Shown here: positions 26,930 through 33,894 of the stretch, piece by piece
Layout: each line of letters begins with the position of its first letter
Numbering within the stretch: the first letter of the stretch is position 1
Virus record (IMG/VR): IMGVR_UViG_3300023284_001453
Length of the DNA: 40,189 nt
Strand: one strand, 5' to 3'
DNA from: a virus
Notes under the pieces: model-generated
Database searches by the model: none
What the model saw: only the letters and a program-made list of their open reading frames with translations
What the model was told of the DNA's origin: nothing
Position numbers and translations under genes: made by a program

Positions 26930-27427
26930 TTAGCTCATCCTTTTTCTAATCATCCACCAAACTGCTAATGCGCCTACCATCTTAACCAGTGTCATTATTA
27001 TAACACCCTGTATAGAGAAAAATCCAATCATATATAAGAACAATGCGCTGTCAATTGGAGTTCCAAGGGCGCTTGATAACAATACACGTTGCGGGAACGG
27101 ACGTCCTGTAAACGAATAAACAGCCCAATCTGCAAACTCACTGACAAGAAATGCCGTAACACTTGCTATAGCAATAGTTGGATCTGCTAAGAAATAACTT
27201 AACACACCAGCCAGCAACATTGCTGGAATAACATAATGTCCAATTTCCCTCTGTGCAAAATCACGAAACACAAAAATCAAACCAACCAAAAATGTCGCAG
27301 TAGGAATAACAATACCCTCTCCTAGCGGCAATATTGGCAAAACACCAAACGCATAGTTTACTATTACAATTGACGCAACATAAAGCAACGTCCACCAAAT
27401 TTTTAAATCTTTAATCATTTTCTTCAT
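26930..27427 (-). CDS. YhhQ/DUF165-family membrane protein (queuosine-precursor preQ0/preQ1 transporter family)
   Basis: About 5 TM segments. FLVSEFADWAVYSF...ALGTPIDSALFLYMIGF parallels the YhhQ block SQL.D..IF..LR...SQ.VDS.IF..IAF. Confidence 0.5.
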   Translation of the reverse strand: MKKMIKDLKIWWTLLYVASIVIVNYAFGVLPILPLGEGIVIPTATFLVGLIFVFRDFAQREIGHYVIPAMLLAGVLSYFLADPTIAIASVTAFLVSEFADWAVYSFTGRPFPQRVLLSSALGTPIDSALFLYMIGFFSIQGVIIMTLVKMVGALAVWWMIRKRMS

Positions 27428-27713
27428 TCCATAATGGGTTTATTATTTCATAATCTTCAAAAGAAGATAGCTCTGCAAAACCACAAACTGAATATCCAAG
27501 ATCCATATTCAATTTCATATAATCATCTTTGTCAAACTTACCATTTTGATAATCAATACACAACTGATTTAGATCGAGCCTACCTGTGTTGAAAAGATAA
27601 TCAAGCACAGTGTTCGTAGGAAACCTTTGAACTCCATGCTCATCAATATATGTTTCGTATGGTTGTCCGTTTACTAAGGTTATAATCCTGTCGCCGGGTT
27701 TGTAATCTTTCAT
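27411..27713 (-). CDS. hypothetical protein (100 aa)
   Basis: ORF. Its ATG overlaps the stop of the upstream small ORF (ATGA). Confidence 0.35.
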   Translation of the reverse strand: MKDYKPGDRIITLVNGQPYETYIDEHGVQRFPTNTVLDYLFNTGRLDLNQLCIDYQNGKFDKDDYMKLNMDLGYSVCGFAELSSFEDYEIINPLWNEEND

Positions 27714-27882
27714 ATTTTCTTTTTATTACCTTTTTCGTATACAAATTTTTTACTACAATAAAAACAAATAGCATAATTTTTATGTTCCGGTATCACATAC
27801 CAGACAATTGGATGATCATGTGGTTCTTCGGGACCTGAACACACTACGTTCCTAGAGTGTACTATAACAGTTTCTTTTTCCA
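27711..27882 (-). CDS. small zf-CHCC-like zinc-finger protein (about 57 aa). Below the size cutoff of the ORF track.
   Basis: Translation of the 170-nt gap gives MEKETVIVHSRNVVCSGPEEPHDHPIVWYVIPEHKNYAICFYCSKKFVYEKGNKKKI. The C..GHP.V...C.YC pattern fits zf-CHCC (NDUFS6-like). Coordinates are accurate to about 1 nt. Confidence 0.4.
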
Positions 27883-27886
27883 TATA

Positions 27887-28117
27887 TCATTCCAACCAAC
27901 CCATCTCCTTTAGGAAGTCACATTCGACACATAGCTTTGGAACAGCACATGTAAAACTTTCTGGTAATACAATTGTTCCATCGCATACCTTACAATAAAA
28001 AAACATAGGAGATCCAGCATACAAGGAAGAGTTATCTATCTTGTCAGGAGGATTATCCTGTCTTTCTTTTAACGCTGCTAATGCCTTTTGTTTTTCTGTT
28101 AAGCTAGATTTTTCCAT
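27887..28117 (-). CDS. hypothetical Cys-rich protein (CxxC...C...CxxC)
   Basis: ORF of 76 aa containing FYCKVCDG ... CVECDF. Confidence 0.35.
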   Translation of the reverse strand: MEKSSLTEKQKALAALKERQDNPPDKIDNSSLYAGSPMFFYCKVCDGTIVLPESFTCAVPKLCVECDFLKEMGWLE

Positions 28118-28118
28118 A

Positions 28119-28358
28119 TTACCAATTCCAAAATGCTTTACTTACTTTTTCAACTTTTTCTTTAAAAGTATTTTCTTGTGATAATGCAATCATAACAGCA
28201 ATCATAACAATTAGATAAAAAAGCATCCAGATCGCAGCAGCACCTGATCCAATTGCGACAAGAAGATGGACAGCGCCGCCAAAGCCCAGAAAAACGACAC
28301 CAACCATTAACGCTACCGCCACGATAGCTTTAATCATAATTTTAAAGAATGTAAACAC
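28119..28358 (-). CDS. small membrane protein (2 TM helices)
   Basis: Hydrophobic 79-aa ORF. Confidence 0.35.
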   Translation of the reverse strand: MFTFFKIMIKAIVAVALMVGVVFLGFGGAVHLLVAIGSGAAAIWMLFYLIVMIAVMIALSQENTFKEKVEKVSKAFWNW

Positions 28359-28367
28359 TTCTACCTC

Positions 28368-29204
28368 CTATTTTTTAAAAGCAGCCGTATATTCACCTCT
28401 AGTCTGTCCACATGCTGCGCCAGTTTTTGATCCATCCGATGCATGATATTCTACAGTGTAGCCATCTTTCTTTAAAGCATCGGTAAATTCTTGTATCTTA
28501 GGACTGCCAGTAAATGCAATACCTGGAACTGGATTAAATTGTCCAAACTTAAGATACCAACTTGTATCCAAGTGTTTTCTAATCAATTCCAAATCTTCAT
28601 CGCGGTCGTTAACCCCATCCATAAGAGCAAAATTAAGCTCTATAGGTCTGTTAGGCTGGTTCTTTCTGTAGGTCTCCATCGCAGCGACAACTTCTTCTAC
28701 CGAATGAGCTAACGGCATTATTTCTTTTCTTATCACTGGATCTAAGCTATGCATTGAAACTTGTAGCTTAAAAGGAACGTCAAACTCTTCGTTAGAAAGA
28801 TCGACAATCCTCTTCGGCGCAGCACCCGATGTTGATAGAGCTAAGCGACAGTTTGAATAGTATCTTGGAAGATATTTCATTGTCCTAACGACATTGTTGT
28901 AGTTTAGAAGCGGTTCTCCTTCGCCCATAAAAGAGAATAATATCACCTTATCTTTTACGAGATTATTAGCTAACATCGTGTGACATTGAAGTAGCATTTC
29001 TTCGCATGTTAGATTTAACGTTTTTTCAGGACCAGGACTGGCACAGAAAGTACACCCTACCGAACAACTTAATTGTGTTGAAAAACATACTACTTGTTTT
29101 TCTGGTCTGTTAAAATAACATGCTTCAGCCTTCGTGTTGTCTAATAAATCAATCAGCATCTTTTGAACTGATGCTTGTCCCATTGGAATTGCTTGTTCTG
29201 TCAT
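28368..29204 (-). CDS. RlmN/Cfr-family radical SAM RNA methyltransferase, short form
   Basis: The pattern C-x6-CxxxCxxC (VVCFSTQLSCSVGCTFCAS) reproduces RlmN spacing (C118/C125/C129/C132). The C-terminal GAACGQ carries the family's conserved methyl-transfer Cys. 278 aa, so it lacks the RlmN N-terminal HhH domain. Confidence 0.7.
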   Translation of the reverse strand: MTEQAIPMGQASVQKMLIDLLDNTKAEACYFNRPEKQVVCFSTQLSCSVGCTFCASPGPEKTLNLTCEEMLLQCHTMLANNLVKDKVILFSFMGEGEPLLNYNNVVRTMKYLPRYYSNCRLALSTSGAAPKRIVDLSNEEFDVPFKLQVSMHSLDPVIRKEIMPLAHSVEEVVAAMETYRKNQPNRPIELNFALMDGVNDRDEDLELIRKHLDTSWYLKFGQFNPVPGIAFTGSPKIQEFTDALKKDGYTVEYHASDGSKTGAACGQTRGEYTAAFKK

Positions 29205-29228
29205 ATTTTTGCTCCTTATATTCTTATA

Positions 29229-29420
29229 TTACATTTCGTCCCATTGACCGATGGAGACAATATTATCGTTATCGTCAAATTCTGCTTCAAAATGAGCTCG
29301 ATATCCCGGCATAACTTCAACAAGCGTTTTCGCTCGTTTTGTATACAAATCATGTGTTCGAATATCATGAGATGTATTTGATTTTTGGAGAAGCATTAGA
29401 AACTGTTGTAAGTCTGTCAT
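29229..29420 (-). CDS. hypothetical small protein (63 aa)
   Basis: Its 5' UTR and start context, ATAAGGAGCAAAAATATGACAGA, are identical to those of the RlmN-like gene. Confidence 0.35.
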   Translation of the reverse strand: MTDLQQFLMLLQKSNTSHDIRTHDLYTKRAKTLVEVMPGYRAHFEAEFDDNDNIVSIGQWDEM

Positions 29421-29437
29421 ATTTTTGCTCCTTATTT

Positions 29438-29521
29438 TGGTGCCCGTAGAGGGAGTCGAACCCCCACTCCCAAAGGAACTGGATCTTGAATCCAGCGTGG
29501 CTACCGTTTCACCATACGGGC
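29438..29521 (-). tRNA. tRNA-Leu (anticodon CAA), type II with a long variable arm and encoded CCA
   Basis: Manual fold. Acceptor GCCCGTA/TACGGGC, anticodon stem CTGGA/TCCAG with loop TTCAAGA, long variable arm, canonical T arm GGGGGTTCGACTCCCTC, discriminator A plus CCA. Confidence 0.8.
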
Positions 29522-29522
29522 T

Positions 29523-30428
29523 TTATTTTGCTTTGGGCAATGTCACTGTAACTGTTGTCCCAACTCCAAATTCGCTTACGACATCAATGCTTCCGCCCAT
29601 AAGCCCTGCTAATTCGATAGATAACGGCAAGCCTAATCCTGTGCCTTCTTGTTCTCGATCAAATCCCGAATTTACCTGACCGAATTTTGTTAAGGCAGAC
29701 TTTAATCCCTCTTCGTCCATACCCATACCATTATCTTCGACGCTAATAACTACATTATCGCCAACAGCACATCTAATATCGATGCTGCCATTCATATCTG
29801 TAAACTTAACAGAATTCGACAACAAATTCAATATAATTTGTTTTAACCGAATTGGATCAGCATACACATATAAATCATCGCAATTTGTTTTGACCTCAAC
29901 GTTGATTAGCTTTTCTTGTGCCCTTTCAGCAATAAATCCTATACAAGCTTTAAAAATCGAATTTACACTGACATTTTCTGGATAGACCTCGGTCTTGCCA
30001 GCTTCGATCTTCGCAATATCAAGGATGTCATTAATTAGCTTGAGTAGATGATGACCACTATCAAAAATATCATTGGTATATTCTTGATGTTTGTCAGATA
30101 ATTTTCCGTTTGTTCCGTTCATCATAAATTCTGAAAATCCAATGATGGCATTTAAGGGTGTTCTAAGTTCATGGCTCATATTGGCCAAAAATTCAGATTT
30201 TGATCTGTTTGCTGCCAATGCAACATTCCTTGCTTCTAATGCTATATTCTTAGCCTCTTCATACTCCCCAGCTAAATCCATCAACTCTTGATTCTGTTCT
30301 TCAATTCTTCGTTGTGCTCTTTGAAGACTTTCGTAGTTTTCGATTAATTCTCGCTTAGTTTTTTTACTATTAATGATATCACAAACGATAGCCAATAGAT
30401 TAAGAGGTTTAGATAGGTATCTGGTCAT
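29523..30428 (-). CDS. cytoplasmic sensor histidine kinase (HisKA + HATPase_c, no TM sensor domain)
   Basis: The H-box is ANMSHELRTPLNAIIGF. N, G1 and G2 boxes follow: LLSNSVKFT, DNGMGMD, GTGLGLPLSIELAGLMGG. An N-terminal coiled coil is present. A TTGACA-16-TATGCT promoter lies upstream. Confidence 0.8.
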   Translation of the reverse strand: MTRYLSKPLNLLAIVCDIINSKKTKRELIENYESLQRAQRRIEEQNQELMDLAGEYEEAKNIALEARNVALAANRSKSEFLANMSHELRTPLNAIIGFSEFMMNGTNGKLSDKHQEYTNDIFDSGHHLLKLINDILDIAKIEAGKTEVYPENVSVNSIFKACIGFIAERAQEKLINVEVKTNCDDLYVYADPIRLKQIILNLLSNSVKFTDMNGSIDIRCAVGDNVVISVEDNGMGMDEEGLKSALTKFGQVNSGFDREQEGTGLGLPLSIELAGLMGGSIDVVSEFGVGTTVTVTLPKAK

Positions 30429-30572
30429 GATTATATTCCCTGATCAACTTTCACTATCGTCTATATAAGCATACCATAGATCTGGCAAATGTCAAGCATA
30501 AAGGGCAGAGATATACACCTCTACCCTTTAATACTTTGTTAAGACAATATTAAAAAATATTTTACTATTTCT

Positions 30573-31031
30573 TTACTTAATCTTAATTATTCGTGCTTTC
30601 TTAGCTTCTGGTACTACACGAGTTAAGTCAATACGCAACATACCATTTTCCATTTTAGCATCACCTACATCGATGTCATCCGCGAGTCGAACAACACGAG
30701 TAAACGAACGAGATGCGATACCTCGGTGCAGATAGCGTCGGTCTTCGGTAAGCTCTTCTACACCACCAGAAATGGTTAAGATATTTCCTTCTTTTTCAAC
30801 AGTGATGTCTTTCTTATTGAAACCGGCAAGTGCCATTTCAACTTGATACACATCGTCATCAAGTTTTACTATATTGTATGGGGGATAACTGTCATAGGTT
30901 CCAATAGCATTTCTGAAACCATCAAAAATACGGTCGGCTCCGATAAAAGTGCGTTCTAAATCTTTTTGGACGTTGCTGACGAATCGGTCAAAATTTGTGT
31001 CATTACTCATTTTACTACTCCTTTTAAGCAA
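30573..31031 (-). CDS. hsp20: Hsp20 / alpha-crystallin family small heat-shock protein
   Basis: The alpha-crystallin domain reads YNIVKLDDDVYQVEMALAGFNKKDITVEKEGNILTISG...FTRVVRLADDIDVGDAKMENGMLRIDL. Confidence 0.85.
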   Translation of the reverse strand: MLKRSSKMSNDTNFDRFVSNVQKDLERTFIGADRIFDGFRNAIGTYDSYPPYNIVKLDDDVYQVEMALAGFNKKDITVEKEGNILTISGGVEELTEDRRYLHRGIASRSFTRVVRLADDIDVGDAKMENGMLRIDLTRVVPEAKKARIIKIK

Positions 31032-31137
31032 GTGTAATGTTATGGTCCAGCTTAGCTGCGACCGGTGTTAGACAAGTTCCAAACGGCAACCTGTTATAAT
31101 TATTTATTATATAATAACTTGTTTTAACTTGTCTATA

Positions 31138-31377
31138 TTAAAAAATTAACTTTTTTACCAATTGTAGCTCTTTTTTTGTTTCTACCAGCGTAATATCAAA
31201 TTTTTTAATAAAAGCATCTCTCTCGGCAGGAGTAAAATGTAAAAAGGAAGCAAGGTTTTCTATAGAACCACCATCATATCTATAGCTGTGATCAGACATT
31301 TCTTCCAGGATTTCATCATCGAAACCTGTTACATGTGTAAAAACAGCTCTAACACGTTCGGAAGAATATGCGTACAT
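31138..31377 (-). CDS. hypothetical protein (79 aa)
   Basis: ORF. A GAGGAA SD and an upstream 8-bp stem-loop are present. Confidence 0.35.
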   Translation of the reverse strand: MYAYSSERVRAVFTHVTGFDDEILEEMSDHSYRYDGGSIENLASFLHFTPAERDAFIKKFDITLVETKKELQLVKKLIF

Positions 31378-31631
31378 TTCATTTCCTCATCGAAATGGAG
31401 AGTACACTTTACCCTCCATTTCCTAGTCTATAATAAATTTCTAATATAATAAAGCTAATACTCAAAAACATTAAAGAGTTTTTTTAATGTCATGGCGTTA
31501 GATTTTTATATATAATCATTTAAAGCTCAAAAGCCACCTAAATATGACTCATGGCATATACATATTTTTCATATCAATTATAATAATCAACGTATTTACG
31601 ATGTACATCTTTCCATTGATTGTAAGTATAT

Positions 31632-32360
31632 TTATAGCACAGTCGTCAGTATCTTGTCTATTTGTTTTTTTACTTTTTTAACTTTCCATGGTGTAAAAAA
31701 TATAGTCGCTAAAGAGAAATAATCTGCACCAGCATTATGGTAATCAATTACATCTTGTGGTTCATATATTCCTCCTCCACCTATAACAGTAAGTTCAGGA
31801 AACAGTTTCTTTGTTTTTTCAATAAGTGGTAATGTTAGTTCTTTTAATCTTTTTCCACTCTCTCCGCCGTGTTCTGTTGGAATAGTATTACATAGATGAA
31901 CAGTTCGGATACCATTGCCTCTAGCAAATCCTATGTATCTAAGTGCTTCTTCTGTAGGGGGAATTTTTACGGAAACAAAACTAAATTTGGTATTGCATTT
32001 ATTGAGAATATCGTTAGTAATATAAGAGCGCCGAACATTAGGGCAACCAAGATTAATTTCAACCATAATGGAATCTGGAAGGATGTCCAGCATTTCTTTC
32101 CAATCACGGCGGCAGCTAATGTCAGTGCAAGAATAAATTCTATCGTTGCTAAAAGTTCTAACATTCCGAAGCCCTTTATTCCGAAATCCTATTTCGTTAA
32201 CCCAGCCGCCTTTGACAGGTCTTATTGTTTTTACAGTTTGTTTGATAAGTCCGGATCGTTTTTCTAACGTAAAGGTTCCGGAAACACTAGTAGCCCAATC
32301 AAAATTAAGATAATTACCAAATGGTGGTGATATAATAATTCTTTTAGGTTTATTTGGCAT
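31632..32360 (-). CDS. DHOD/DPD-family flavin TIM-barrel protein (PyrD-like, short)
   Basis: NEIGFRNKGL matches the GF.N.G motif. INLGCPNV matches N.SCPN with Cys. The C-terminal GGGGI...AGAD is an FMN-binding motif. At 242 aa it is shorter than canonical DHOD. The Dus family is the alternative. Confidence 0.5.
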   Translation of the reverse strand: MPNKPKRIIISPPFGNYLNFDWATSVSGTFTLEKRSGLIKQTVKTIRPVKGGWVNEIGFRNKGLRNVRTFSNDRIYSCTDISCRRDWKEMLDILPDSIMVEINLGCPNVRRSYITNDILNKCNTKFSFVSVKIPPTEEALRYIGFARGNGIRTVHLCNTIPTEHGGESGKRLKELTLPLIEKTKKLFPELTVIGGGGIYEPQDVIDYHNAGADYFSLATIFFTPWKVKKVKKQIDKILTTVL

Positions 32361-32532
32361 CCTTTTCTACAACTCTTGCTAACGGAGCATTTAGACGAAC
32401 CGATCTAATTCCATTTTTAGCACCAGCTTTTGAAGAATAACCTTCAGAGACAGCGATTACTTGACCGTTTCTAGCCATTAAATTCCAGCGCCATTCACCT
32501 TTTTTATCTTTCCAAAGTTCAAATTTTCCCAT
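32350..32532 (-). CDS. DUF1508 (YegP-like) single-domain protein
   Basis: MGKFELWKDKKGEWRWNLMARNGQVIAVSEGYSSKAGAKNGIRSVRLNA is a near-consensus DUF1508 sequence. The track ORF extends 36 aa upstream to a less likely start. Confidence 0.75.
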   Translation of the reverse strand: MGKFELWKDKKGEWRWNLMARNGQVIAVSEGYSSKAGAKNGIRSVRLNAPLARVVEKDAK

Positions 32533-32567
32533 TGTTTTAGGTCTCCTAAAATAGTTGTGTAAACTAT

Positions 32568-32954
32568 TTATAGAAGATACCACACCATAAAAACATATGA
32601 GAGATAATGAATAAGCTGATCTACACCCAACGAAGTCCAAAATTCAGAAGATTTATCGCAAGTCCAGCCCATCATTTTGTTTAAATTCATTTTGAACCAG
32701 TCAGTATGATAGTGGACAATTGCTTCGAAAAGAAGAATCATGAAAAATAAACTTGGTCCGAAAAATATTTTGGTCATTTGGCTGAACACAAGTAGAACAA
32801 AGAATGTTCCAATAGCATGGACACCGACATGGGCTAGGCCGGCGCGATGTCCATACGTGCCTTTATTGGTTGCCATCCAGACATTTTGAAGCGGAAAATC
32901 GCATACAAAATGCTTGACAATAAAGAGCGTTAATAAAAAAAGCTCTGGAGACAT
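32568..32954 (-). CDS. membrane protein (4 TM helices, His-rich)
   Basis: Hydrophobic 128-aa ORF. Confidence 0.4.
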   Translation of the reverse strand: MSPELFLLTLFIVKHFVCDFPLQNVWMATNKGTYGHRAGLAHVGVHAIGTFFVLLVFSQMTKIFFGPSLFFMILLFEAIVHYHTDWFKMNLNKMMGWTCDKSSEFWTSLGVDQLIHYLSYVFMVWYLL

Positions 32955-32959
32955 TATAT

Positions 32960-33181
32960 TTACTCCGGAATTCTGTGTTTCCTATATGCTTCGACGATAA
33001 TTGCTTCAACTTTGCTTTCGATGCCGACAATTTCACGCCATCTTGGATGATTATGATCCAAAGTCGATAGCATCAATTCGCGAGACATTGGCTTCGATCT
33101 GCCCGTAACAGCACGAGGATCGGACACTTCATCGAGGATCATAAAATGACGAGTAGTATCAATAACTTCTGAGCGTAACAT
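32960..33181 (-). CDS. hypothetical protein (73 aa)
   Basis: ORF. An extended -10 TGTGCTATAAT and an AAGGGAGA SD lie upstream. Confidence 0.35.
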   Translation of the reverse strand: MLRSEVIDTTRHFMILDEVSDPRAVTGRSKPMSRELMLSTLDHNHPRWREIVGIESKVEAIIVEAYRKHRIPE

Positions 33182-33248
33182 AATTTAGTCTCCCTTGTAT
33201 TTTGAACACCAAGACGTATATTATATTATAGCACAGATCTTAAATTTG

Positions 33249-33857
33249 TCAACACATATTATCATCAAGAAAATCGTAGAATTTTTGGTCACAAACGAAA
33301 CCAGCATTGATCATATCTTGTTTAATCTGTTCAACAGTAAAATTACCACTCGGTTCCCAAGTTGCCTCCATCAAATCAATTTCATGAACTGACGCTGGAA
33401 GTAATCCATCCAATGAGAAATGCTGATCATAACAATAACCTTCGCGATCAAAATAGCTTCTTGGACAAACCATTATATAAATTCCATCGGGACTGTCACC
33501 GACATAGAAATAAAACTCTGCTGCTAGAGTTGATCGTTTATATAAATCTTGAATTTGTGGTTCTTCGTATAATTCTTCTTCGAAGACATTTTCATATTTA
33601 TCGCGTTCTTCATAAGCATCCCATTCGTGGTTTACTTTCAATTGAACCCTAAGACCCGAAGGTCGTTCAAGCACAACAGCTTTTATTGGAATGTTATAAG
33701 AAACAAATGTTCGTGTTGATAAACCATCAGAGCCAATTTTACTAACTCTTTTCCAATCGGAACCACCTTGTTTCTTGATAAAATGTTCAATGCTGGGTTC
33801 ACTAGCTGCTATAAAGTCGTCGATAGTTTTCTTACAAATCGCTGATGTAATTTTCAT
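33249..33857 (-). CDS. hypothetical protein (202 aa) immediately downstream of the MVP homologue and apparently co-transcribed with it
   Basis: AGGGAG SD. Only a non-terminator stem-loop separates it from the MVP stop codon. Confidence 0.45.
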   Translation of the reverse strand: MKITSAICKKTIDDFIAASEPSIEHFIKKQGGSDWKRVSKIGSDGLSTRTFVSYNIPIKAVVLERPSGLRVQLKVNHEWDAYEERDKYENVFEEELYEEPQIQDLYKRSTLAAEFYFYVGDSPDGIYIMVCPRSYFDREGYCYDQHFSLDGLLPASVHEIDLMEATWEPSGNFTVEQIKQDMINAGFVCDQKFYDFLDDNMC

Positions 33858-33894
33858 AATCTATCTCCCTAGATTTTGTAACGTTGGTGCTGCC

